From Lytechinus pictus (lineage: Eukaryota): DNA of 60,000 nucleotides. The stretch's first letter is position 1. Each line of letters begins with the position of its first letter. Position numbers and translations under genes: made by a program. The notes below the pieces were generated by a model, which made no database searches, was not told the DNA's origin, and saw nothing but the letters and a program-made list of their open reading frames with translations. Positions 24,737 through 35,372 of this stretch are shown piece after piece. The DNA lies in assembly GCF_037042905.1 (NCBI RefSeq), contig NC_087245.1, positions 14,696,001-14,756,000 on the forward strand, written 5' to 3'.

Positions 24737-25893
24737 GTAAGTTTCTGCATTGAATGTTTATTTGTTTTGACCTTGTTAAAGGTAAAGATCACCCTGATTT
24801 GATCAGGAAAAGAAGGGGGTGGGGGTCCTTAACATCCCTGGTTTTGGTGATGAACTTAACTTACCCATTACACCGAATAAGGTTTTTCTTTTGTTTTACT
24901 TTAAGTATGGAATATGTTGTATGCAATGTTAAAATCGGCTCGGTTGACAAATTTAAGGGGGATAGGAAAGAAATGTTTATAATGATAGTCAAGAGGGATT
25001 GTAGTTTAACTTCAACTTTATTTTTTATTCTTAACTTAACTGTGGTCTAAAGATGTGGTTTGAATATCAATAGCCAACTGACACAAATCTCTGACAGTAT
25101 AGGTTCCATTTGTCAGCTCGTCTATCACTAAGATCATTCATAACTGTAATAACTGAATTAGTTTCTTCCCTATTATAGCATGAAGAGAGATCACAGTGAA
25201 CATAAGAATCATACAATGTTAACAAAATTTAGACATTTTTGGCTTCTCCTAATTTTAGCAGAGAGTTAGACCATGGCCTATTTAAGTCAAACCAGACTTC
25301 AGAATGTGTGCCTTTAAAGTACAAGTAGGTCTATCACAAATGGGGTGAGAAGGGAACTCTTAACCAATTGGACTAGTCAATAAGCTGAAGTACATTTCAC
25401 AGTCTATGATATTAGAGTCTATACTAGATATTGGAGCCTATACTAATAAATTATATTTTAACTCTACTCATCCTCTTTGTTAGCATAGTTTGGTGCTCAT
25501 AATAAATTCTGCTTCCCTTTGAAAATGTCAGTATTGTTTACATTCATGTATTGTTAATTATGATTTTGGATTTCTTTCCCTCTCCTTCCCCTTTTTTTTC
25601 TTTATTTACTTTTTATTCCTGTCTAGGCCTAAATGTTCATATTTTGTATTACGTTATTTATCATTCTGTCTTTTAACACTTTGTGTATAGCTCTCTCTCT
25701 TTTCTCTCTTAATCTCCCCACCCACCTTCTATTTGTCTGCCTCTCTGTTTACCCCCCCCCCTCTCCCCCCTCTCCCTCTCTCTCTTTCTTTTACTCCTGT
25801 CTCTCCCCATTTTTTTTTTTTGGAACTAGTTCTTTAATGTTTTGAATATGTGGACATCATAATTTATTCCTTATTTTTAATTGTGTTGATCAG

Positions 25894-26035
25894 ATTCGAG
25901 TGAAGAGGGATCAGGTGCAACCTAAGGAGATGCTACACTTCCCCAAGATGAATGACATGATGAAGGATCTATCAGATGGATGTTGCTTAGCAACCATTAT
26001 TCATCATTACTATCCTCATCTTCTATCATTAGAAG
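25894..26035 (+). CDS. CAMSAP: CAMSAP coding exon 6 (IRVKRDQVQPKEMLHFPKMNDMMKDLSDGCCLATIIHHYYPHLLSLE), CH domain
   Basis: CAG|...G|GTTAGC, phase 0-1. FP...D...D.SDG..L...IH.Y.P CH motif. Confidence 0.93.
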
Positions 26036-26754
26036 GTTAGCAAGATTATACCCTCCTCTTGCATATTTGTAACTTGTGACATGTTGTTAATTGCATCAGT
26101 ATGCCCACTGCTTCACTCTTGGAGATAACTGGATTTGAGATAGTCATATTCATATGTTGTGCTCCAAGACTGACATTTACAGACTACTCAATAATCTAAT
26201 CCGTATGCATACAATCAGTGACATACATGTATGCTCTCCCTCCCACCCCTCAACCCACTTGCTACTGATGATCTGTACAAAGGCCATGTCTTTAATAATA
26301 TCAAGGAATATTTTTCATTATTCATTTTACTAATTTTACTTTACAAAGCTACACTCTTAAATATGGTGAAGACTCCCTGTGGTATTTTTTATTTAGCTAC
26401 TTCATTCCCCTAATAATGATTATTGTATTTTTTTTCTTGACATGTATTTTTATATAATGTCTACCAATATAGTTCTATGACTAAACCATCCATTCGTGAA
26501 TAGTTCTCTGAATGTACACCATAACTAAACATAGTTGCTTGATCATAAACTTTAACATAAAAGTCCCATATGAAGCACACCTCAGTACCCTTTTGACTCC
26601 CCCATTCCTCTCATATAAGAATTGTACAGTGGACAGCCTAACAGTAAAGCTGTTTTGCTCTTGTCAAAGTCTGTTTTTACTCAATATTTCAAATTTTTAT
26701 GGCAAGAGTTGTGTTTTTACCCAACTTTTCCTATTTTTATTCCATTATTTTTAG

Positions 26755-26973
26755 ATGTGGCTCTGCATGAGTCAATGTCGTTAGCTGATTCGCTGCACAA
26801 CCTTCAGGTGGTGACGTCTTTCTTCCAGCGTAACCTACCCCATCTCCTTCACTTCACATTGGAAGATCTACTCTACTGCCATGAATCCATGAAATACAAC
26901 ATTGTGGCGTTGGTCGCAGAGATGTTCTGGTGCTTTGAGGTGGAGAAACCCAGCCATCTAGAAGCGAATCAAG
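26755..26973 (+). CDS. CAMSAP: CAMSAP coding exon 7 (DVALHESMSLADSLHNLQVV...FTLEDLLY...VAEMFWCFEVEKPSHLEANQ), end of the CH domain
   Basis: TAG|...G|GTAAGC, phase 1-1. S.ADSL.N and TLED.LY...AE.FW.FE..KP motifs. Confidence 0.95.
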
Positions 26974-27279
26974 GTAAGCACCTGACACCGGTTAGGTGGT
27001 TTGAAGCCCCGAGTTTAGTTTAGCCAGTGTGTAGTGTGTTTTGTAAAAGTTACGTTGAATAATGCCTGAGGTATACATTTAGGGTTTGGTTTTCAGGAAC
27101 ACACACATTAAACAAGTTAGCAGTTTAGAACTTAAGTTCAATGTTTGTACTTTGTACTGATGTGAAAGTCACATTAATTTATGCTCTAGGTATTGTACCC
27201 ATTAACAACTAATAATTAGCAGTTTAGAATTCAATGTTCATTGTCAGTATTGATGTTCAAGTTATTTAAGTGTTCTAAA

Positions 27280-27833
27280 AAGAGAAAAATCCAACAAGCA
27301 CAACACTGAAAATATCATCAAAATCGGATGTAAAACAAGAAAGTTGTGACATTTTTAAGTTTCGCTTCATTTCACAAAATTGTTATTTGCACATCCCGAT
27401 CGGTATGCAAATGAGGGAACTGATTACATCACTCACTCACTCACTATTTCTTTTGTATTTTACTATATTGAATAATCTAATTTTCTCCTCATTGTCCTGA
27501 GAAACAAAGTTGTATTCCTCCCTGAACATGTGGAATTACCATTGTTTAACATTTTATGATTCAGTCAGTTGGTCCTTATCGTCAAATCTGTAAAATTTAA
27601 ATATTGTATAATTCAAACAATAAAGAGCAAAGAAATAGTGAGGGACATCATCAATTCTCTCATTTGCATGTGACTAAATTGTGCATGTAACTATTTTTTG
27701 AAAAATAGGCAAAAATTAAAATGTAATAACTTTTTTATTTTACATCAAATTTTGAGATTTTCAGCATAATGCTTGTCTGATTTTTCTCTATTGATTCAAA
27801 TCAACATTTTTCTGAGGTGGACTTGACCTTTAA
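27280..27833. mobile_element. Kolobok-like non-autonomous element (one end truncated)
   Basis: Ends CCTTTAA. Internal inverted arms (CATCAAAATCGGATGTAAAACAAGAAAGTTGTGACATTTT vs AAAATGTAATAACTTTTTTATTTTACATCAAATTTTGA). Related fragment at ~52020-52242. Confidence 0.55.
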
Positions 27834-29423
27834 TGAGATAACAGAACAAAGAAGAGTGCAGTGATAAAGTTTTAGTACAGGGATTTTTTTTTTTTTGGGG
27901 GGGGTTGGGGGTGGATGCAAATTAACAACCAATATTGCTCATCAAATATAATATCTGTTCGATATTGGTGCAATGAGGCATTCATAATTCTCTTGATTTT
28001 TGTGATGTGAACATTTTTATGACATGGCTATAGAAAAGTAGAAGATGTTTTTTTTTTTTAGTTCAGTCCTTATTACCTTAAAAGTTCCATTAATTAGAAT
28101 CATGTTTTATTGCAATTATTGTTGCAGTGTCACCAGTTTTGTTGAAATTCTCTGGTAGATGTTATACCAGATAAATAATTTAAATAAATAAATAATCCAA
28201 ATATATAATTCAAAGAGAGAAGAAGAACAAATAAATAAAATGAAAAGAGATAAAGATCTAACTTCTGTTCAGGTTTCTTGAATAGACAATTTGAATAATG
28301 AGATAAATATTGTAATTCTGTTGTATGACTAGAAAATGTTTTAACAAAAAAGGAAGACAAGGTCAAATTAAAAGAAGTAAAAATTGTAAATAAGTTCTCT
28401 TTGGGTTTTATTTTGAGGCATTTATCAATATCTTACATTCATAAAATGCCTTGCAATTAATCTACCTTCCAAAGTTGCTCAGACCTTTTGGTGTTTCCAG
28501 GCCAAACCGGCTGGCCTTGCTGGCTTAGGTAAGCACTTCCATGAAACATATCAAGCAAGAACATTGAGACTGAAAAACAAAATGATAAATGGGCACCAAA
28601 TGCATGCTCCAATGGATGGCTACATTTCAATAGTAATCAAGATTCTTTGCAGGATTGTTCCACTGATCTTTTCTCCAGTCAATAGTATGTTTATAATATG
28701 CTTTGAAAACAGCAGTAGGCATTCTATTCCATATCTGCTATTTCCAGAATTAAAGGTCCTTGCCTTGTAATAACTTAGTAACATTGAAACTCAATGCTAA
28801 AGCAGAGATAATAGGGTACATTTTCGTTTTTATTGCATGTTTTATCAGATAAAGTGTAGAGTCTGATCTTTCAGCATGGATTGGTTCTTTTCTTCTCTGC
28901 TTGAGGTTTAGAATATTATTACCACTTTAAATTGCATTTTCTTTAAATATATAATTTTTAAACTTTCTTCTTTAGTGCATGTTTTCCCACCAATGGAATT
29001 TGACAGTGCAGTTTGATATGAAAAAAAGCATTGAATTAAAGAATGTTGCTTGAATTATGAATGTATTAGGCAAAAAGGTAATCTTTAATTGCATTTAGGA
29101 GGTGAATGTTTTTTAATCATTTCCAGGATGTAGTATTCCTTACTTAGTGAATGATAATCTCATAAACAATTAATAATTCACTTTATTCCTTTTGTAAAAA
29201 TTATTTTATCTACTTTGAATTCCTTAAAAAATAACAATGTATGAAATCATAAATTCTAGCAAATCTTATACCCTAGATAGTCTATTACTGAGGGTAGTTC
29301 ATTTTAGTAATGAGAACCTCTATTAATTACTGCAAAAAATATTAGCATCCATTTCTTTTCAATTTATTTCTTCTAATTTACGCAAAATTTCAAATTATAC
29401 AAATTACAAAGTGATAATGATGG

Positions 29424-30387
29424 TTTTTGTCTCACCTGCATAGCAGAGTGAGACTATAGGCGCCGCTTTTCCGACGGCGGCGGCGGCGGCGACGGCGGCG
29501 TCAACACCAAATCTTAACCTGAGGTTAAGTTTTTGAAATGACAGCATAACTTAGAAAGTATATGGACCTAGTTCATGAAACTTGGCCATAAGGTTAATCA
29601 AGTATTACTGAACATCCTGCCTGAGTTTCATGTCACATGACCAAGGTCAAAGGTCATTTAGGGTCAATGAACTTAGACCATGTTGGGGGAATCAACATCA
29701 AAATCTTAACCTAAGGTTAAGTTTTTGAAATGTCATCATAACTTAGAAAATATATGGACCTAGTTCATGAAACTTATACATAAGGTTAATCAAGTATCAC
29801 TGAACATCCTGCATGAGTTTCACGTCACATGACCAAGGTCAAAGGTCATTTAGGGTCAATGAACTTTGGCCGAATTGGGGGTATCTGTTGAATTACCATC
29901 ATAACTTTGAAAGTTTATGGATCTGATTCATGAAACTTGGACATAATAGTAATAAAGTATTACTGAACATCCTGTGCAAGTTTCAGGTCACATGATCAAG
30001 GTCAAAGGTCATTTAAGGTCAATGAACTTTGGCCAAATTGGGGTATTTGTTGAATTACAGCCATAAATTTGAAAGTGTGTTGGTCTAGTTCATAAAACTT
30101 GGACATAATAGTAATCAAGTATCACTGAACATCCTGTGCGAGTTTCAGGTCACATGATCAAGGTCAAAGGTCATGTAAGGTCAAAGAACTTTGGCCACGT
30201 TGGGGGTATTTGTTGAATTGCCATCATATCTCTATAAGTGTATTGGTCTAGTTCATAAAACGTGGACATAAGAGTAACCAAGTATCACTGAACATCTTGT
30301 GCGAGTTATAGTAGTTTTCAAAATCAGCACTGCTGCTATATTGAATCGCGTGATGCAGGTGAGATGGCCAGAGGCATTCCACTTGTT
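29424..30387 (+). mobile_element. Helentron-associated non-autonomous element (HINE/DINE-1-like) with ~5 tandem core units of 160-180 bp
   Basis: Inserted in a T-run. Subterminal IRs TCTCACCTGCAT (29430-29441) / ATGCAGGTGAGA (30353-30364), 5' GTCTCAC..GTGAGAC hairpin, (GGC)n microsatellite, units starting ~29545, 29726, 29900, 30062, 30224. Confidence 0.82.
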
Positions 30388-31252
30388 CTTTTTTGTAAAG
30401 CTCTTTGTTAATTAATTTACACATGACTTGTGACCTGTTGTTGTGCTATAGGAGAAACTTCAATTCTTTTCTTATTTTAGCATAACTTCCATTTTTTCTT
30501 ATTTCAGCATAATAGTCTGAATGAGTTTCCTTTAACCCTTATCAAATTTTGACAAAATCATACACTTTGCATTTAATTGCTTATTGAAAACAATAATGTT
30601 GATATACAAAGATCATATTTCAACTAAGCTGATGATTCAGAATGATAAAGAATCTGATTTGCCACCCTAAAACAGGTCACGATTTTCCTGAAAAGCTGTG
30701 CATCACTTACAAACAGCTTTATGAAACACAACAAGTTCTCTCTCAGTCTTAATTCAAAGCTGCTTTCCCGAGCTGCTCTCCCAATTCTAAGAACATGTTA
30801 CTATTTTTGGATTGAGAATTCCAAGAATATTAATATTGAAACTAATGTTCCGCGAACTAATAATTCCTTTAACTTCAGCTTTAAAAGATTATAATTTTTT
30901 TGTTACACAAAATTAATTTACAATCAATTGAAATTCGTAATTGATTATTTTAGGGATACCTGATAAATTTTCTGAATTCTGTTAAAAGAAGAAGACCAAC
31001 AATCAGTTTGATATTGGTTTGATATTAATTTTTACAATATTTGATTTTGAATTGCAATTGATTGCAAGTTTCTTGCAAATGCCCACAAGCTATACCCTAT
31101 GAAAAGCCTGAGTCTCAAGCTGGTGCTGTTAGAAGTAGAAGTGGCATACTGGCTTTAAATATATCAGATTTGAGCTTCAGTAGATAGACTTTGTGAGATG
31201 CGTTCACCTGATCATTTAACTGTTAGCATTAACTTACTCCATTATTTTTTAG

Positions 31253-31415
31253 GAGGGATTCAGTCATCTGCGTTTACACAGATGAACACACCACTGAACA
31301 CGGCAGCAAGGCCTCCTATCCCTATCAGTGATGCAACAAAGAGAAGCTTTCATGCCCCATCGCCCAAGGCGGAAATGCAGAGCGTCGATCTCACCAAAGT
31401 TCCTTCGAGTCCAAA
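31253..31415 (+). CDS. CAMSAP: CAMSAP coding exon 8 (GIQSSAFTQMNTPLNTAARPPIPISDATKRSFHAPSP...)
   Basis: TAG|...AA|GTAAGC, phase 1-2. RPP.PIS.ATKRSF is conserved in CAMSAPs. Confidence 0.92.
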
Positions 31416-31652
31416 GTAAGCTATTTTGATAAAAAGAAATGTTCATTTATTCAGAAAAGTGCAAAGTGTTTTTATGAAATTGATTTTTGATAACATTCAT
31501 TTCAGAGGGCTTTATGCTAGCAGGTTACCTCTAATGTTGATATAAACTTTTCAATCATACCTGTGATCTTGGGAATTTAGTCTTCTTTATAATTATCTTT
31601 CCTCATTGAATCTCAAATGTTGTGAGATTGATATGTCACAGAATTATTCATA

Positions 31653-31895
31653 TTGGCTCAGTGGAATACCATCTTTCTCATGAATATGAAGGTGTTGGTT
31701 CAAATCCTGGCTGAGTCATGACAAAGTCCTTAATAAAATGGTACCTTTTGCCTTCTTGCCAGGCACTTTGCAAGTCAGAATAGAGATGGGTAATAATAAC
31801 ATATTACTGTACATGTTTGCAATGGAGCACCTACTTGAAAAAATGGTGAAGTGGATACCATTTGTGATTAAGAGTTATTTTTGTTATGATTATTG
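31653..31895 (+). mobile_element. Decayed tRNA-derived SINE
   Basis: A box TGGCTCAGTGG, B box GGTTCAAATCC, followed by an AAAATGGTACC...TGCC core and a TTATGA/TTATTG tail. Confidence 0.6.
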
Positions 31896-31951
31896 TGATT
31901 CTTTTTTTTTTTTTCATTTATTGAATCATACATTGCTTTATGTACTTATAG

Positions 31952-32149
31952 CTCCCAGAGGAGGCTGTTGAACCGACAGCAGCAAGAGAGAAGTTCCATC
32001 TTTGGTGATACACCTGGAGATGAGAACACTCCGCCCAGTGAATACCAGAATCGATCCCTTCAACGCTCAACGTCCAGGGAGCAGCAGAAACAACATCCAG
32101 AATCGCAGTCAATCCTGGCTTGGGAGGAGAAAGAACAGGAAGAAAGAAG
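31952..32149 (+). CDS. CAMSAP: CAMSAP coding exon 9 (SQRRLLNRQQQERSS...SILAWEEKEQEERR)
   Basis: TAG|...AG|GTGAAG, 198 nt, phase 2-2, links exons 8 and 10 in frame. Confidence 0.85.
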
Positions 32150-32231
32150 GTGAAGTCATTACTGTCAGTAATAATATAATTTTTTTTTTATGTCTCTGCC
32201 CTTGGGATCGGAGGTGTTTGACAGAGGCTTA

Positions 32232-32675
32232 GGCCCAAATTCACAAAGGTGGTTTTGAAAACCATCGGTGGAACCCATGGTTTTCACAAAGGTGGTTTTG
32301 AAAACCATCGGTTGAACCCATGGTTTATTTAGATTTCCTGCATAAATTATGCCTAAATACAGCATATATATATGTCCAATGCTGATGCATGTTTTTTTCA
32401 CAATGCGCCAAATTGATGCATGTTGTCATGGTTAAGTACGTTGTTTTATTCATGAGTCCACTGTTTTGAATTAATGAGTCTACTCTTCAAAACAGCGGAC
32501 TTATGAATAAAATAGCATACTTAACCATGACAACAGGCACGCTGTGAAAAAAGTGCCCATCAGCATTGGACATCTTGTTAATATACGCGGTAAATAAGTG
32601 TAATTTATACAGGAAATATGTATATACCATGGATTCAACCGATGGTTTTCAAAACCACCTTTGTGAATTGGGGCC
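32232..32675. mobile_element. PIF/Harbinger-type palindromic MITE nested in a decayed HINE-like element (~32185-32950)
   Basis: TIR GGCCCAAATTCACAAAGGTGGTTTTGAAAACCATCGGT / ACCGATGGTTTTCAAAACCACCTTTGTGAATTGGGGCC, TSD TTA/TTA. A ~43-bp segment is tandemly duplicated in the left arm. Confidence 0.88.
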
Positions 32676-33194
32676 TTAATGTTTCTGGGTAGTCCGTCTG
32701 CCCTGTTCTTGTGCTTAAAATCCTTTTTGCTGAATCAACTTCAGATTAAGCTCAGGTGTGCATGTAGGGATGTCGGTGAAGTGATTTTGTTTAATAAGGT
32801 CAAATGTTTAAGTTAAGGTCACTGCATACTTCGGATTGGCTTGCTCTCGCAGTGATCTTAAGTGACAGTTATCTATTAGGTTTATGGGTTTCAAGGTCTA
32901 AGGCCACAGAGCCATACCTGAAAAGAGTTTGTTCTTGTGATCATAAAGAAGTGGTTGGTAGATTAACCTCACTTAAATCAGCCAACAGTTCTCTCCAATA
33001 TTCCTAAGTGTACTTAAGATACCATTAGTCTTACCTTAGTACAATTCTATCTAAACACTGGTCAGATTGTTGAATGATTGAATTATCCATGTATGTTTTT
33101 CCAAAGCCTTTTGCAATAAATGAACATTTGAATGCTTCATAGAAATATGTGGATATTAATATTGCAAAGAGATAATAACAACACTTGAAATATA

Positions 33195-35139
33195 CACAAC
33201 AAAAAAGTAAGTCCCCCCTTAAACAAACATCAATAATTTCCGAACCAATGCAAGTTTTTTTATATATCTAATATATCTTTACATGAGCGTGTAGGTAATT
33301 TTATAAGCTTCCCTCTGAGTAAATGTTATGGACGTATTTTACGTCATGCTTCAGTGAGCACCGTCAGAAGGCAAAAATGTCACTTTTCAAAAGTCACAAG
33401 CCAAATATCATGACTTTGATTCCATTTTATTAGAACTAATTCCACATTCTCATCATGAAAAATAGTCAGAAGGCTTGTAAAAGGTACTTTCTAAAAGACG
33501 ATACAACTTTTTTGGCTAAATTTCACGGTTGAATAAACACAAGTCCAAATTTGCTATAATTTGATTTTTACACATTTCTATCAATAAAAATGATGGAATA
33601 TGATGACAGTTATTTTTGGGAAGAGTATCTTCAACAATATTCATCGTTTCACGGTTCAATGAACATTTATTGAAAACAAAAAATGCGATTTTCAAATATC
33701 ATAGGCAAGTATTGTTTCATATTGGTAACTGAAAATGATCTTTCCTCAACTTCTTCGTTATGTTCATGACCAATTAACATGCTTCAATGATTCAAAGGCG
33801 TTTAATTAAACATTCACGCTTGAATGAACATGTGGAATGTGATTAGCTCTTTTTTACGTTATTGGAAAAAATGCAATTTTTAACTATGGATATCTGTCAC
33901 AAACCTCCTTGCATAATTCATTTGATTTGATTTTTATGAAAATCCCGATGTTTAATGCATCAGTGAGCACACAATATTAGAAAATTATGCAAATGAGAAG
34001 AAAGTTCAAGGCCTTGGCCCCACTCTGTGCCGAATGGAATGGTTATTTTGGTGTGCGCGCCTTTTAGATAGTGTTACTCTGAAGCCATGTGCGGAGTTTC
34101 ATGAAATAACTGTTGGCAGAAGTAACAAAAACCGTACATGAAACAAACCCTCATTTCATATTTGTTAAAATTTTGACTTCCTCTCTCATAGACTTGTGTA
34201 CATTATGGGTGCATATGTTTAAGAATAAGTAACCCCTTATTCAATAATGGTGGAACTTTTTTTCAAGGATGTCTTTAGCAATGCTATTTGGCAGTAATGT
34301 TTATCAACCTATGGGCAGAATTCTGTGCAAAAATGAAATCGACTTGTTTATTTATGGATGAGTGAGAAACGCATCAAAGTGGAAAAATTTGTATTTTCAA
34401 TGTCACAGACTCATTTTAAAGGGTAATAAACTGAATATTGGGGGCAAATTCAGTTTCAAATGTGACTTTAATTGCTGTTGTTTTTATCATCCATCATTTC
34501 GATCACAACACACTTTCCGAACTTTTAACATTTCCATGGTTGAGCGAGCACATTCAAAAACTTAGGAATGAATACTCTTTATACTGCATAAATGTATTCT
34601 TTTCATAACAGTTTCTTATGATCAGTTTAATTTATGGACAAATCAGTGGTGGATCCAGAATTTTAAAATGGGGGAGGGGGAGCCACCAACATATTCAAAT
34701 TTTAACATGATCTAACAAGTTGTAGAGGATACTACCATAAACCCATATGAAGCCCCCCCCCCCTCCCGCTTCCGCGGACTCTACAATACATTGTGCTCAC
34801 TCAACCATGATCATACAATATCAAAATTGTGTGTGGAGTCACTGGAGTGGCTAAATGATGGATAGTAAAACAGCATTAACACCATAAAATTCACCTAAAA
34901 CAACTTTTGCCCAACTTTGTATTTGCACAATCTGAAAAACGACTCTTGTGACTTTCAAAAATTGTCATTTTTAATTCAATCTTTAATTACTCATGCATGA
35001 CTCAACCGATCAATCTCATTTTTCCCCAGGAGTTGTTTAATGAGTGTAGAAAACCACCTACAAAATTTTTTATCTAAAAATAATTCTGTTCAAAAGTTAC
35101 AGCAAATTGATTTAAGGAGGACTTACTTTTTTTGTTGTG
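33195..35139. mobile_element. ~1.95-kb non-autonomous TA-target (Tc1/mariner-like) DNA transposon; a hAT-like fragment is nested at ~34644-34780
   Basis: TIR CACAACAAAAAAGTAAGTCC.CC.TTAAA / TTTAAGGAGGACTTACTTTTTTTGTTGTG, TA flanks, subterminal inverted similarity (AAAGTCACAAG / CTTGTGACTTT). No transposase ORF. Confidence 0.8.
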
Positions 35140-35372
35140 TATATTTTTTTCACCTAGATTGGTGATAATTTAGCTTGTCTGGCAGGAGGGTTTTAACTGA
35201 GGCAAATCCTGTACATTGCATGTCACACTTGTAGTAGAACACATTATTGCTAGCCCATGGACCATACATGTATTTTCTTCCATATTATTATTTACTTTAT
35301 ATTGATATTTTTGTGAGAAGTTGCTGTAATGTAATTAACTTAATTTGAGCTTGTTTTATTTCACTTCTGTAG

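Noticed and set aside
25259..25285. Possible microexon between coding exons 5 and 6
   Set aside because: In-frame TAA and no credible donor.
27060..27280. ~100-bp diverged tandem duplication (TTAGCAGTTTAGAA...) after coding exon 7
   Set aside because: Real but has only two decayed copies, with no splice or coding signal. Treated as a neutral local duplication.
33195..35139. Autonomous transposon
   Set aside because: No long ORF or transposase remnant is recognisable between the TIRs.
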